Part shown: positions 8,520-18,304 of the stretch, one piece after another | Layout of the letters: each line of letters starts with the position of its first letter | Numbering within the stretch: position 1 is the stretch's first letter | Source of the DNA: Gemmatimonadota bacterium | GTDB taxonomy: Bacteria > Gemmatimonadota > Gemmatimonadetes > Palauibacterales > Palauibacteraceae | Direction of reading: 5' to 3' | Length of the DNA stretch: 31,337 nt | NCBI GenBank assembly: GCA_039588275.1 | Contig: JBDHAC010000048.1 | Location: 1-31,337 of the forward strand | Program-made: the position numbers and the translations under genes | The notes under the pieces: generated by a model | Seen by the model: the letters and a program-made list of their open reading frames with translations, nothing else | Databases searched by the model: none | What the model was told of the DNA's origin: nothing

Positions 8520-8972
8520 CTACCAGACGGGCTCGTAACCCTCGGGCAAGAGGCTGGGAGGCGACCAGATGTGGACCCGTTGCGTCGGTCCATCCTCGTC
8601 CTCGAGCGGTCCCCCGACGTGGGTCCACGCGAGGATCGCTCCCCTGAGGTTCAACGCGTTCCAGCCGCGGTTGGTGAGCTCCTGCGCGTAAAGACCACTT
8701 CGATGCCCTACCGTGCAGTATGCCACCACGGTAGCGCCTTCATACTCGTCTTGCCTCGTGTCGAACTCGTCCGCGGTGATCGCGCCGACGATCATCGAGA
8801 CGGCTTGCTCATCAGGGCGCCGCACGTCCACGACCACGAGGTTCTCCTCGCCAAGCCGATCCTTCAGCTCCTCCGCGGTGAGCTCGGGCGTATCGGCGAA
8901 TAGCCGCTTCGACCTTCGGTATATGGCTTCAATCCGGTCCCGTTTGGCCTCGTCGGACCTCGGCTTCCACAT
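8520..8972 (-). CDS. Single-domain rhodanese-like sulfurtransferase
   Basis: VVVDVRRPDEQAVSMIVGA, active-site loop YCTVGHRS and NLRGAILAW. RBS GGGAGAG. Confidence 0.88.
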   Translation of the reverse strand: MWKPRSDEAKRDRIEAIYRRSKRLFADTPELTAEELKDRLGEENLVVVDVRRPDEQAVSMIVGAITADEFDTRQDEYEGATVVAYCTVGHRSGLYAQELTNRGWNALNLRGAILAWTHVGGPLEDEDGPTQRVHIWSPPSLLPEGYEPVW

Positions 8973-9069
8973 CTGCGTTTCTCTCCCTGACGGTCATTGC
9001 CGAACGCGGTCTGACACATTTACCTGAGAGTCAGGCGATAGTCTACAACCAAGGGCGGGGGAAGCATAC

Positions 9070-10233
9070 ATGTCGACCGACGGCCGGAAGAAGCTCGTGT
9101 TGATCGGAGGGGGGCACGCGCATATCCACGTCCTCGAGCGCTGTATCGAGGACGGCCCTCCGGATGCCAGGCTGACGCTGGTCGTCGACCGGCGCATCGC
9201 CCTGTACTCCGGGATGGTGCCCGGCTATGTGGCCGGCCAGTATCGGGCGGAGGAGCTACAGATCGATGCCGTCGCCCTCGCCGAGCGTGCCGGAGCGGAG
9301 GTGGTCCTGACCCCGGCGACCGGTGTCGACCCTGCCGGGCGACGCATTCTCCTCGAGTGTGGGGAGGGCGTGGCGTACGATGTGGCATCGTTCGACATCG
9401 GGTCGACCGTTACGGGCCTGGATGTGCCCGGCGTGAAGGAACACGCCCTGCCAACCCGCCCCATCGCCACCTTCGTGGAGGAGTTCGAGACCGTGGTGGA
9501 GGAGGCGCGCAGGCACCCGGAGGGTGGCCCCTTCCGGGTGATCGTCGTCGGCGCGGGAGCCGGAGGCGTCGAGCTGGCCTTCGCCATCGATCAGCGCATT
9601 CGCGATGCCACCGGGCGGTCGCCGGAGGTGACCCTCATGGAGTACGGACCCCGTATCCTGGCGCGTTACTCCGGTTCGCTGGTCCGGCGGGTAGAGCGCG
9701 CAGCAGCGGCTCGAGGCATCCTGATTCGATGCAACTGCGAGGTCGTTGCCGCCGATGCGGGTTTCGTTCGACTTCGGGACGGTGCGACCGTCGTCTGCGA
9801 TTCGCTGATCTGGGTCACGGGTCCCGCCAGCCACGACGTGTTCCAAGACTCGGACGTCGCGACCGACGAGCGGGGATTCGTGCTGATTCGGCCTACGCTC
9901 CAGTTTCGCGATCACGATGACCTGTTCGCGGTCGGCGATTGCGCGAGCTTCATCGACTATCCCGACACGCCGAAGGCCGGCGTCTACGCGGTCCGCGAGG
10001 GTCCGTACATCACGGACAACCTGTACGCCGCCGTGGAGGGGCAACCGCTCCGTTCGTACAAGCCGCAGGGAGATTTCCTCACGCTGATGAACCTCGGCGA
10101 CGGTCGTGCCATCGGCGCCAAGTGGGGCCTGTCGTTCGATGGCCGGTGGGTGATGCGCTGGAAGGACCAGATCGACCGGAAGTTCATGCACCGCTTCCAG
10201 GCTCTGGCGGGCGGCGTACCCGCACCGGCATAG
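9070..10233 (+). CDS. Pyridine nucleotide-disulfide oxidoreductase family flavoprotein, homologous to the N-terminal domain of fused SelD proteins
   Basis: LVLIGGGHAHIHVL, YSGMVPGYVAG, YDVASFDIGS, VVGAGAGGVEL, FAVGDCA, PKAGVYAVREGP and WKDQIDRKFM. Confidence 0.85.
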   Translation: MSTDGRKKLVLIGGGHAHIHVLERCIEDGPPDARLTLVVDRRIALYSGMVPGYVAGQYRAEELQIDAVALAERAGAEVVLTPATGVDPAGRRILLECGEGVAYDVASFDIGSTVTGLDVPGVKEHALPTRPIATFVEEFETVVEEARRHPEGGPFRVIVVGAGAGGVELAFAIDQRIRDATGRSPEVTLMEYGPRILARYSGSLVRRVERAAAARGILIRCNCEVVAADAGFVRLRDGATVVCDSLIWVTGPASHDVFQDSDVATDERGFVLIRPTLQFRDHDDLFAVGDCASFIDYPDTPKAGVYAVREGPYITDNLYAAVEGQPLRSYKPQGDFLTLMNLGDGRAIGAKWGLSFDGRWVMRWKDQIDRKFMHRFQALAGGVPAPA

Positions 10234-10387
10234 GCGCAGCGCCGAGCGCCCCTCGCGTGTTTGTGGGCTGGATCTTGCGGTTTCGGCGCGGCGCCTGGAG
10301 GATCCGCGTCGCCCGAAGCGCGATCTTGTTCGCTCAAGAGCGGCTCGAATACACGGTGCGCAGTTGAGTTTTCGACCACCTTCGGAC

Positions 10388-13228
10388 ATGACAGGAGCCC
10401 GGACGTCGCTACCGGGCCGGCTAAGACCGTTGGTGGCGCTGTTCACCGCGTGCATGGGCGGCGGCGCAATCCTCGGCGCGTCTCCCCTGAGTGCACAGGT
10501 CGCCGAATCCGATTCCGACGCCGGCGACCGTTCTTCGAGCGCGTCCGTCCGAGATGTGCCCTCCGTGCTCGCGGCGCGCCGAATCGATGCAATCCACGTT
10601 GACGGGCGGGCCGACGAGAGCGCGTGGCAAGTCGCACCGACCGCGACATCGTTCGTTCAGGGGGATCCCGACGAGGGAGCACCACCCGCGCAGCCGAGCG
10701 AGGTCCGTGTATTGTTCGACGACGATGCGTTGTACGTGTTCGCGCGGCTGTACGAGCCCGATTCCGATCAGATCGCCGACCAGTTGGTGCGGCGCGACGA
10801 AGAGGGCCAATACGACTATTTCGAGCTCTCGCTCGATCCCAACCACGACCACCTGACCGGGTATCGCTTCCGCGTAAGCGCTGCTAACCAGCAGAGCGAC
10901 TCGTACCTGTACGGAGACACCCGGGAGGACGACAACTGGGACGCGGTCTGGTCGTCCGGCACGAGCCGAGACTCCCTTGGGTGGAGCGTCGAGATGCGCA
11001 TCCCGCTCTCCCAGATCCGGTACGAGGCGGGTACCGGCGCGCAGACCTGGGGCGTGAACTTCACGCGCCGCCGGCTGGCGTCGAACTCGACGAGCTACTT
11101 CTCGCTCCAGTCACGCACGGTGCGTGGCCGGGTCAGCCAGTTCGGCGCGTTGAACGGGATCGAAGTCAGCGGCGGCACTCACCGACTGGAGGTTCTCCCG
11201 TACTTCGCGTCGGAGTTTCACCGAGCAGAGGCGGACCCTGGCGATCCGCTCTCCGACGGTACTGAGCTGACCCACCGATTGGGGCTCGATGTCCGCGCCG
11301 GCCTGGGAACGGCGTTCAGCCTCGACGCGACGGTAAACCCGGACTTCGGACAGGTCGAGGTCGATCCGGAGGTCATCAACCTCACGGCCTTCGAAACGTT
11401 CTTCCCCGAGAAGCGACCGTTCTTCGTGCAGGACGCTCAGGTCTTCGGCTTTCAGCTCGGGAGTCGCTCCGGCGGTGGGGGAGGGGGAGGAGGGTTCAGG
11501 GGCGGCGACCAACTGTTCTTCTCACGGCGGATCGGGCGCACGCCGCACGGACGCGGACCTGACGAGGCGGATTTCACCGACATCCCCGGCCAGACGACGA
11601 TTCTGGGCGCCGCGAAGCTGACGGGTCGCACCGAGAGCGGGCTGTCGGTCGGGTTCCTGACCGCCGCCACCGCGGCGGAGAAGGCGGACGTCTACTTCCA
11701 GGACGACGATCTGTTCGACAAGTCGCTCGTGGAGCCGGCGTCCCAATTCGGGGTCGCCCGTCTGCAGCAGGATTTCCGCAACGGGGGGACGACCGTCGGA
11801 GCGATCGCGACCGGGATGCGCCGCGACCTGCCCTCCGACGGGGAGTTCGACGATCTGGCCTCGAACGCGTACTCGGCGGGGCTCGACTTCGAGCATCAGT
11901 GGGGTGGAGCGCAGAGCCGGAACTGGCGACTGTTCGGTTTCTTCGCCGGCACGCACGTGCGGGGCTCCACCGAGGCGCTCCTCGACATCCAGCAATCGTC
12001 GAATCACTACTTCCAACGTCCCGACGCCGACTACCTGCAGGTCGACTCCACCGCCACCTCCATGACCGGCTTCAACTGGCGACTGCAGTTCTCGCGTCAA
12101 AGTGCCGAGCACTGGACGTGGTCGGTCTGGCTCGCTCAGATCACGCCGGGATTCGAGGTGAACGACCTCGGCTTCTCGCGATCGTCCGAGCGCCTGGATG
12201 GCGGCGCCTCGCTCTCGTACCGGAACATCAGACCCGGATCTCTGTTCCGGAGCTATTCCGTACGCCTCACGACCTTCCACAACTGGCGCCAGGACCTGCT
12301 CGACGACTTCTTCGACGCCGGGCACTGGGCGCGGACGTACAAGCGTGGGACGTTCAGCCTGTCCAGCAACTTCGACTTCCTGAACAACTGGGGATTGAAT
12401 CTCAGGACCTCGTGGAACCCCCAGGGCCTGAGCGATACGAAGACGCGGGGTGGGCCGCTGATGACCGAGCCCGGGTCCGTGAGCTTCAACGTCTCGATGA
12501 ACACGGACCGGCGGAAAGTCGTGAGCCTCAGGCCTTCGGTCGAGTATCGCCCTCGCTTCCGCGGCAACGGGTACGAGGTGAGCACCGGACTGAGCGTTTC
12601 GCTCCGACCGTCCTCGAACTGGGAGATCGAGCTCCAGCCACGCTTCAGCCGCGAGCGGAACGGCTCGCAGTACGTCACGGACAGCGACGCCGCCTTCTTC
12701 GAGCCGACGTATGGCGACCGTTACTTGTTCGGTGATCTCCTGCGCCACTCGTTCTCCATGGAGACGCGCATCAACGTCGCGTTCTCCCCGAAGCTCAGCC
12801 TGCAGCTGTTCGCACAGCCTCTCGTCTCCACGGGCGAATACCTAGCGTACCGACAGCTCGAAGCCTCTGAGACGTTCGATTTCATCGAGTTCGAGGAGGG
12901 GGTCGCGACGGAGACCGAAGGTGGCGTGCTCTGCGGCTCCGGCAGCACGTGCGTGCTGGATGGGGAGCGCTACGTGGACGTCACGGGCGATGGGCTGGCG
13001 GACGACTCATTCGGTGACCAGGACTTCAACATCCGCTCGCTACGCGGCTCGGCCGTGTTGCGCTGGGAGTACCGGCCGGGGTCGGTGCTCTTCCTCGTGT
13101 GGCAGCAGGCACGGCGGGAGGAGCTGGACAACGGGGACTTCCGGCTGGGACGCGATCTGGGCGGGATCTTCTCGGCGCCGGGCGAGGACACGTTCGTCGC
13201 GAAAGCGAGCTTCTACGTAGACTTCTGA
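10388..13228 (+). CDS. DUF5916 / carbohydrate-binding family-9-like outer-membrane protein
   Basis: Signal peptide ending LSAQ. CBM9-like IHVDGRADESAW...GWSVEMRIPLSQIRY, then LDATVNPDFGQVEVD, ETFFPEKRPFF, LFFSRRIGR and LRWEYRPGS, with a C-terminal Phe. Start uncertain (10364 or 10388). Confidence 0.82.
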   Translation: MTGARTSLPGRLRPLVALFTACMGGGAILGASPLSAQVAESDSDAGDRSSSASVRDVPSVLAARRIDAIHVDGRADESAWQVAPTATSFVQGDPDEGAPPAQPSEVRVLFDDDALYVFARLYEPDSDQIADQLVRRDEEGQYDYFELSLDPNHDHLTGYRFRVSAANQQSDSYLYGDTREDDNWDAVWSSGTSRDSLGWSVEMRIPLSQIRYEAGTGAQTWGVNFTRRRLASNSTSYFSLQSRTVRGRVSQFGALNGIEVSGGTHRLEVLPYFASEFHRAEADPGDPLSDGTELTHRLGLDVRAGLGTAFSLDATVNPDFGQVEVDPEVINLTAFETFFPEKRPFFVQDAQVFGFQLGSRSGGGGGGGGFRGGDQLFFSRRIGRTPHGRGPDEADFTDIPGQTTILGAAKLTGRTESGLSVGFLTAATAAEKADVYFQDDDLFDKSLVEPASQFGVARLQQDFRNGGTTVGAIATGMRRDLPSDGEFDDLASNAYSAGLDFEHQWGGAQSRNWRLFGFFAGTHVRGSTEALLDIQQSSNHYFQRPDADYLQVDSTATSMTGFNWRLQFSRQSAEHWTWSVWLAQITPGFEVNDLGFSRSSERLDGGASLSYRNIRPGSLFRSYSVRLTTFHNWRQDLLDDFFDAGHWARTYKRGTFSLSSNFDFLNNWGLNLRTSWNPQGLSDTKTRGGPLMTEPGSVSFNVSMNTDRRKVVSLRPSVEYRPRFRGNGYEVSTGLSVSLRPSSNWEIELQPRFSRERNGSQYVTDSDAAFFEPTYGDRYLFGDLLRHSFSMETRINVAFSPKLSLQLFAQPLVSTGEYLAYRQLEASETFDFIEFEEGVATETEGGVLCGSGSTCVLDGERYVDVTGDGLADDSFGDQDFNIRSLRGSAVLRWEYRPGSVLFLVWQQARREELDNGDFRLGRDLGGIFSAPGEDTFVAKASFYVDF

Positions 13229-13431
13229 TGCCCCTCCCGGGTAGACCGGCTCGACGCGCCGGCCCCGACGCGCCGCCACTGATGAATAACGACGTCTGGA
13301 AGCCGCGGGGTGAATTACCTACCTTGGGGTCGTTAATCGCCACAGGAGAAGTCCGAGCATCGGCCGAGCAACGCGAGTCCTGATCCGCGCGGCTTGGTGC
13401 CGGCGTTCGGCCCGGCCCGGAGGTGATGGCC

Positions 13432-13986
13432 GTGACCCCGCTCCCCTTCGACGATCTGTCGTCTGCCTATCAGCCGCGTCGCACCGGTCTTCAGCTTTAC
13501 GCGAACGGCGCCAAGGGAGGTCTGCTGGCCGGCACGGCCGCCTTCGCCGTGCTGTTCGTGTACGACCTCGTTCGCCTCGACCCGCTGGCCTCCTCTGCCC
13601 TCCTCTCCGCCGCGGTGCTGGGCCAAACGATCGACGTCACACCCGGCGTCGAGGCCGCGCTCCGAGCGGCCGACGTGGTCCGCATCGCGCAGGGGTTGGC
13701 CGAGTACGCCGTCCTGCATTTCTGCGCCTTCGCAGGGATCGGGATCGGAGCCGCCTTGCTCTTTCAGCCGGAAAGGCTGGCGGCGAACGCGTTGATCGGG
13801 GCGCTTTACGGAGTCGTCGCGTGCTCCGCGGTATTCTACGCGGGCATCACGCTATTGGCGGGTGGCATGGTGGCGATGCCAGACTGGCGAATCGTCGTGG
13901 GAGCCAACGCCGTCGCCGGCGTGATCATGGTCGCCAACCTGCTGGGTGACCGGGACGCACCGGTCAAAAGGGACGGGGTCACTTAG
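13432..13986 (+). CDS. Hypothetical integral membrane protein (4-5 TM)
   Basis: Multiple hydrophobic segments. GGAGGTGA at 13419-13426 favours GTG 13432 as the start. Confidence 0.7.
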   Translation: MTPLPFDDLSSAYQPRRTGLQLYANGAKGGLLAGTAAFAVLFVYDLVRLDPLASSALLSAAVLGQTIDVTPGVEAALRAADVVRIAQGLAEYAVLHFCAFAGIGIGAALLFQPERLAANALIGALYGVVACSAVFYAGITLLAGGMVAMPDWRIVVGANAVAGVIMVANLLGDRDAPVKRDGVT

Positions 13987-13997
13987 AGCCGGATCCG

Positions 13998-15596
13998 TTA
14001 CGCTCCCGCGGTTCGGCCGCCTCCCAACACCCTGTCCAGCGCCATGATGTGGTCCGCCACGGTTCGTCGAATCTCGTTCAGCGAACGGAGCGAGGTCCGG
14101 TCCGGGTCGACGACTTCGAAACCGTCCGCGGGGAACGAGGCATCGCGCTCGGCGTAGACGCTCCAGTCCGGGATCACGGACGCTTCCAATCGCTCCAGCA
14201 GGTTCACGGCCGCGTCCACCTCCCGGGTCTCGGTGCGCCTGGCCTTCGCCTCCTTGATTCGCTGCTCCAGCGCGAGCAGGTACTTCAGGTCGTCGATCCC
14301 TTCGCGGCTGCGCTCGTAGTCCAGCGTAGGCCGCAGCGAACCGTCTTCGATGTGTACGAGCGATCCGCGCCGGTTCGGTCCGAGGTTGTAGTACCACTCC
14401 ACTTTTCCGCGGCCCCCCAGCTTGGTCATGCGCCAGAAGAAGAGCCCGAAGGGGAAACGGCCGCTGCCGGTGTTCACGAACCATGGGATCGCGCCGGTCT
14501 CGCTGCGTAGCTCGGAGATGAACGTCGCGTTTGCCAGTTTGCGACCGCGGTTGTGGTTGTCGATGCCGTCCCACCCGTTGTTGAATGCCGCGACACTCAG
14601 ATAGGGAGCCATCTCCATGACCTCGCGATACCCGTTCATGTCGCTGGTCGTCGCGAGCTCCGGCAACTCCTCGAAGACGAATCGCGCGAGCTGTCCCCCT
14701 TCCCGGACCCCCTCGAGGCCGCGGTTGGTGTACTCGTCACCGATGCTGAACAGGGTGAGCTGCCCGCGCTCCCTCGTCTCGCGGTGCAGCCTTCGCATCA
14801 CCTCGATGTACTTCTGCTGGAACCGCTTCGAGTCGATCGGGCCGTATCCCCGCAACCGTTCGAGGGTCAGAACCATGGGGGTCGCGAAGTACATCGGCTG
14901 CGTGAACCCCGATGCCTGGTAGGTCTCGATGAACGCGGACAGCTCCGTGGTGTCGTCGTCATCGACGGGCAGGTGAAACTCGTACAACGGGGCGACCACC
15001 GTCATACCATGCTCGCGCATGTCGGCCAGGTGACCGGCGAGCGCTTGCGGGTCGTGCGGGTCGGAGTAGTTGAACCCGAGGGCGAAGGGCGGCTCTTCCA
15101 GCCGAAGAGGGAGCACATCCAGCACGAGATCGAGGCGCGCGAGCGTCTCTCCCGCGCTCGCGATGCTAACCGTGCCCGCATACAGCCCGGGCTCGGCGTC
15201 GGGCGGCACCCGGACCGTGACCCAGAACAGGCGCGTCGAGCCGGCGGGTAGCTCGAGCCCGGGTCCGACATCGGCGAGCACGCTGCGACCCAGGCCCGGG
15301 ACGCGCTCTACCGAACGCACGCGTACGTCGACGGCCGGAATCACACCCATCGGTCCGATCAGCGAGCTGCTGCTGATCGCGACGTCTCGAAGCGGCGCGC
15401 GGTTGGCCAGGGCGATGGCGACCGGCTCGTACTCTCCCGGCGTGGCGAACAGGGTCGCCCGCCGGCTCCGCCGTCCGCCGAGCGGTTCGGGCTCCGCGCC
15501 CGCGGGTGCCATGTAATCCGTCACGTATAGGTCGATCTCGCTCGTCGGCTGCTGGAGCACCCCCAGGAGCATCGCCACGAGCAGCAGGACGTTCAT
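13998..15596 (-). CDS. Secreted putative glycoside hydrolase (GH123-like / DUF4091-like)
   Basis: Start ATG 15596 (ATGA overlap), signal-like MNVLLLVAMLLGVLQQ. Has LFATPGEYEP, FWVTVRVPPDAEPGLYAG, the adjacent acidic pair SIGDEY, and PTLDYERSREGIDDLKYL. Confidence 0.65.
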   Translation of the reverse strand: MNVLLLVAMLLGVLQQPTSEIDLYVTDYMAPAGAEPEPLGGRRSRRATLFATPGEYEPVAIALANRAPLRDVAISSSSLIGPMGVIPAVDVRVRSVERVPGLGRSVLADVGPGLELPAGSTRLFWVTVRVPPDAEPGLYAGTVSIASAGETLARLDLVLDVLPLRLEEPPFALGFNYSDPHDPQALAGHLADMREHGMTVVAPLYEFHLPVDDDDTTELSAFIETYQASGFTQPMYFATPMVLTLERLRGYGPIDSKRFQQKYIEVMRRLHRETRERGQLTLFSIGDEYTNRGLEGVREGGQLARFVFEELPELATTSDMNGYREVMEMAPYLSVAAFNNGWDGIDNHNRGRKLANATFISELRSETGAIPWFVNTGSGRFPFGLFFWRMTKLGGRGKVEWYYNLGPNRRGSLVHIEDGSLRPTLDYERSREGIDDLKYLLALEQRIKEAKARRTETREVDAAVNLLERLEASVIPDWSVYAERDASFPADGFEVVDPDRTSLRSLNEIRRTVADHIMALDRVLGGGRTAGA

Positions 15597-16321
15597 GGGA
15601 GGGGATCCGGCGCGAGGGTGGCGTCGTCCAGCCAGATCGTCCCGGTGCCCGTGCTGTTCAGATAGACTCGGAAGCCCGGCGCGCCGGGTCCCAGCCGCCC
15701 TCGCACGTCGATCAGCTCCCACTCGCCGCCCACGCGCTTTCGCACCGACCCGCTCGCACCGGCGTCGAAGGCCACGAACAGCTCGTTCTCACCCGATCCC
15801 TTGGCCCAGACCGAGAACCGGTAGCGTCGTGTATCGCCGATGGCTGGCAGCACGGGGGTGAAGACGGCGATCCGCCCGCGGAGACCGGTGGACGCGATTC
15901 GTGCCGAGTGACGCCCGGAGCGCACGTGCCGCCCGCGATCTTCCCAACGCATCTCGTATTCCCCCTCCCAAAGCCACCCTTGCCACCAATGCCAGCGGGA
16001 GCGGTTCGGGCGCGTGTTTCGGTCGATCGACTCGAAGCCGCCGTTCTGGATCAGGTCGAGGGGACTTTCGATGGCGAGCATCGTGGGGGTAAAGGTCCCC
16101 TCGAGGCGGGCGCGGAGCATACTCCGTCGGCGCTCGTAGCCGACCTCGCTGATGAGACCCGCCGTTCTCTGCTCGTCGAGGGCGGCGAGGGCCCTCTCGA
16201 CCCTCTCTCGAGGCCACAGCTCCGCCGTCAGCTCGGCCCGGGTCTGAGCGATCAGACCGGACCCCGGGATGAAGGTGGTCGACGCGAGAACGGCCAGCGC
16301 GTAGAGGACAGCTCTCTTCAA
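15593..16321 (-). CDS. Secreted protein with carbohydrate-binding (CBM4/9, galactose-binding-like) domain
   Basis: TTG start after GAGAGGAG and a signal peptide. DLIQNGGFE, RSGRHSARI, YRFSVWAKG and GTIWLDDATL are typical jelly-roll CBM motifs. Confidence 0.7.
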   Translation of the reverse strand: MKRAVLYALAVLASTTFIPGSGLIAQTRAELTAELWPRERVERALAALDEQRTAGLISEVGYERRRSMLRARLEGTFTPTMLAIESPLDLIQNGGFESIDRNTRPNRSRWHWWQGWLWEGEYEMRWEDRGRHVRSGRHSARIASTGLRGRIAVFTPVLPAIGDTRRYRFSVWAKGSGENELFVAFDAGASGSVRKRVGGEWELIDVRGRLGPGAPGFRVYLNSTGTGTIWLDDATLAPDPLP

Positions 16322-16339
16322 TTGCGGTCGCTCCTCTCC

Positions 16340-16399
16340 CCACCTCGGGCTGGCCCTCCCCCCACCTCGGGCTGGCCCTTCTCCACGTCGGGCTAGCCC
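16340..16399. repeat. Intergenic direct repeat, 17-bp core in 3 copies with 21-22 bp period
   Basis: CCACCTCGGGCTGGCCC (16340), CCACCTCGGGCTGGCCC (16362) and CCACGTCGGGCTAGCCC (16383). Confidence 0.9.
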
Positions 16400-16402
16400 G
16401 GC

Positions 16403-16435
16403 AAAAAGCGGGACCGCCGGAGCGGCCCCGCTTTT
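16403..16435 (-). terminator. Rho-independent terminator after the TPR lipoprotein gene
   Basis: Minus strand AAAA-GCGGGGCCGC-TCCG-GCGGTCCCGC-TTTTT. A/T tracts on both sides, so possibly bidirectional. Confidence 0.88.
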
Positions 16436-16483
16436 CTACCCCTGTGCGGCGTCTCGCGATCGCCGGACGGCGATCATGCTCGA

Positions 16484-18034
16484 CTACATCGCGAGCTTGG
16501 CCATCGCCTCGTGTCGGACGAGCGCGAATCCCACGAAGTTGAAGTTCGAGACTGCCACCTCGCTGAACAGCGCCTGGGCCTCTTCCGTGTTCCCGGCGCC
16601 CTCCTGGGCCAGCCCGAGCAGGTATTTCGTGTAGATGTTCGTGAGGTTGCCCTGCCCCAGGTGGAGGATGGCTTCGTCCCAATTCTCCTGCTCGAGGGCG
16701 ATCACCCCCTGCATCTCGTGGACCGGCTCCATCTTCCGCGGGTTCGGATCGGGCTCGACGAGTCGCGCGCATTCATCGGCCTTTGCGGCGGCGGTCTCGA
16801 AGTCACCCCTGCGGGCCGCGAGCATGCCGTCCCAGTATGCGATGTTCGCTTCCTGCCCGCGCCGGAATTCCTCCGTGCCCACCGTCTCGGCGGCGATCAT
16901 CATGGCCTCGCTGCGTCGCTCGAGCGTCCGCTCGGCCGCCGGGAAGAGATCGTGGTGCAGCGCGATATAGATCATGTTGGTCAGCGTGTTGATCTTCTGG
17001 CCGTTCCGCTCGTGCTCCGGGATCCCCATTTCCTCGGTGTCGATGGACGCGAGGATGGACTCGAGCTCATCGATCGCGGCTTGCGGGTCACCCGCGTGCA
17101 CGTGAGTGAAGGCGCGGAAGTTGGCGAAGCCGGCCTTCTGCCCGCCGATTCCCATCGCGATCGCCGCGTCGTAGTCGGCGCGTGCCTCGTCGAAGTTCCC
17201 GAGGAAGGAGTTGATGTGACCGCGCTTCAACGTCGGGATCCCATCGCTCGGATCCAGCTCGGCGCTCCTTCCGTAGGCGTCCCGGGACTCCTCCAGCCGC
17301 TGCTGGGCTCGGAGGGCGTCGCCGAGCATCTCGACCGGCTGCCCCTCGGTCGGCGCGAGCTCCATCGCCTGCCGCATGTAACGCTCCGCCTGCTCGTAGT
17401 TCTTCGGGTCGTTGAACAGGTAGTTCGAACCGAGCTGCAGATGCGCAGCGACCATGTCGGGGGCCAGCTCGATCGCCTCCATCATCGTCGCGCGCGCGTC
17501 TTCGTTGCGGTTCAAGGTCGTCTGGACTCCGGCAAGCGCCAGCCGGGCGCGAGGACTCTCCGGAACCAGCTCGACCAGTCGCTGGCTCAGCTCCAGCGCG
17601 CCCTCGATGTCGCTCGCGAGGAACGCCTTGTTGATGTCGATGAGGATCTTCTCGGCCTCGGTCGCCGCCGCCGAGTGCTCCGCGGCCATGTTGGTGTACT
17701 CGTTGAACTCGTCGAGCGACGTCGCGCTGTTGGCGGCGTTCACGTAGGCGTGCGTGAACTCGGGGTCGAGATCGATCGCGCGTTGGAAGGCGTCTCTCGC
17801 GTCGTAGAACCGACCCACATCCGACGCGTATTGCCCCTCCATGAACGCGATCCTGGCTTCCTCGGAAGTGGTCGTGACGGGCAGGACCATCGGGACCTCG
17901 ACCGTCTCTGCTCCCTCGAGCGGGCTGGCGACCTCGCCCATCTCGGTAGTGTCCGCGGTCTGATCGCCGCCGCAGGCCACGAGCCCCGCCAGAAGCGCGA
18001 ATGACAGCAGGGTGTGAGCGGTGCTCCTATTCAT
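16484..18034 (-). CDS. Tetratricopeptide-repeat lipoprotein
   Basis: Start ATG 18034 after AAGGAGGA. Lipobox LVAC. Repeated TPR signatures (AFQRAIDLDPEF, EAIELAPDM, QAMELAPTE, RSAELDPSD). Confidence 0.88.
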   Translation of the reverse strand: MNRSTAHTLLSFALLAGLVACGGDQTADTTEMGEVASPLEGAETVEVPMVLPVTTTSEEARIAFMEGQYASDVGRFYDARDAFQRAIDLDPEFTHAYVNAANSATSLDEFNEYTNMAAEHSAAATEAEKILIDINKAFLASDIEGALELSQRLVELVPESPRARLALAGVQTTLNRNEDARATMMEAIELAPDMVAAHLQLGSNYLFNDPKNYEQAERYMRQAMELAPTEGQPVEMLGDALRAQQRLEESRDAYGRSAELDPSDGIPTLKRGHINSFLGNFDEARADYDAAIAMGIGGQKAGFANFRAFTHVHAGDPQAAIDELESILASIDTEEMGIPEHERNGQKINTLTNMIYIALHHDLFPAAERTLERRSEAMMIAAETVGTEEFRRGQEANIAYWDGMLAARRGDFETAAAKADECARLVEPDPNPRKMEPVHEMQGVIALEQENWDEAILHLGQGNLTNIYTKYLLGLAQEGAGNTEEAQALFSEVAVSNFNFVGFALVRHEAMAKLAM

Positions 18035-18304
18035 GCTGGATCCTCCTTGGGTGAATCGACCCCACCAGCGCGACGGGGCCACGCTCGCCCGGTGTGCGGG
18101 TGTCGGCAGTCGATCGGAAATCGCCACGGGCGAGAAGCCAACCGGAGGCAGGCGCCCGGGACCAGGTGGTGGTACGACGAAAACGGCAAACCTCTGACCT
18201 CAACGACAGGGTATAGCTACCCTCAACCCGCCCGTCCCGTGATAAGGCAATTTCCCGCCGCGTCGATCGGATCGCAAGCTACGGAGCTCGTACACGGGGT
18301 GTCG

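Noticed and set aside
10234..10330. Selenocysteine read-through or frameshift into a SelD domain after the flavoprotein
   Set aside because: The stop is TAG rather than TGA, no C/U-G-G-C-x-x-K SelD motif follows, and the DUF5916 gene starts about 150 nt later.
16511..18004. Long antisense and alternate-frame ORFs (e.g. 16511..18004+, 5075..6766+, 28644..29891+, 11522..12748-, 21507..22772-)
   Set aside because: These are shadow ORFs expected in high-GC DNA opposite well-supported genes, with no recognisable motifs.
18180..18225. c-di-GMP-I riboswitch suggested by GGCAAACC
   Set aside because: It lacks the GNRA-capped P2 stem and the following GACGCAAAG, and it lies on the strand opposite the flanking genes.
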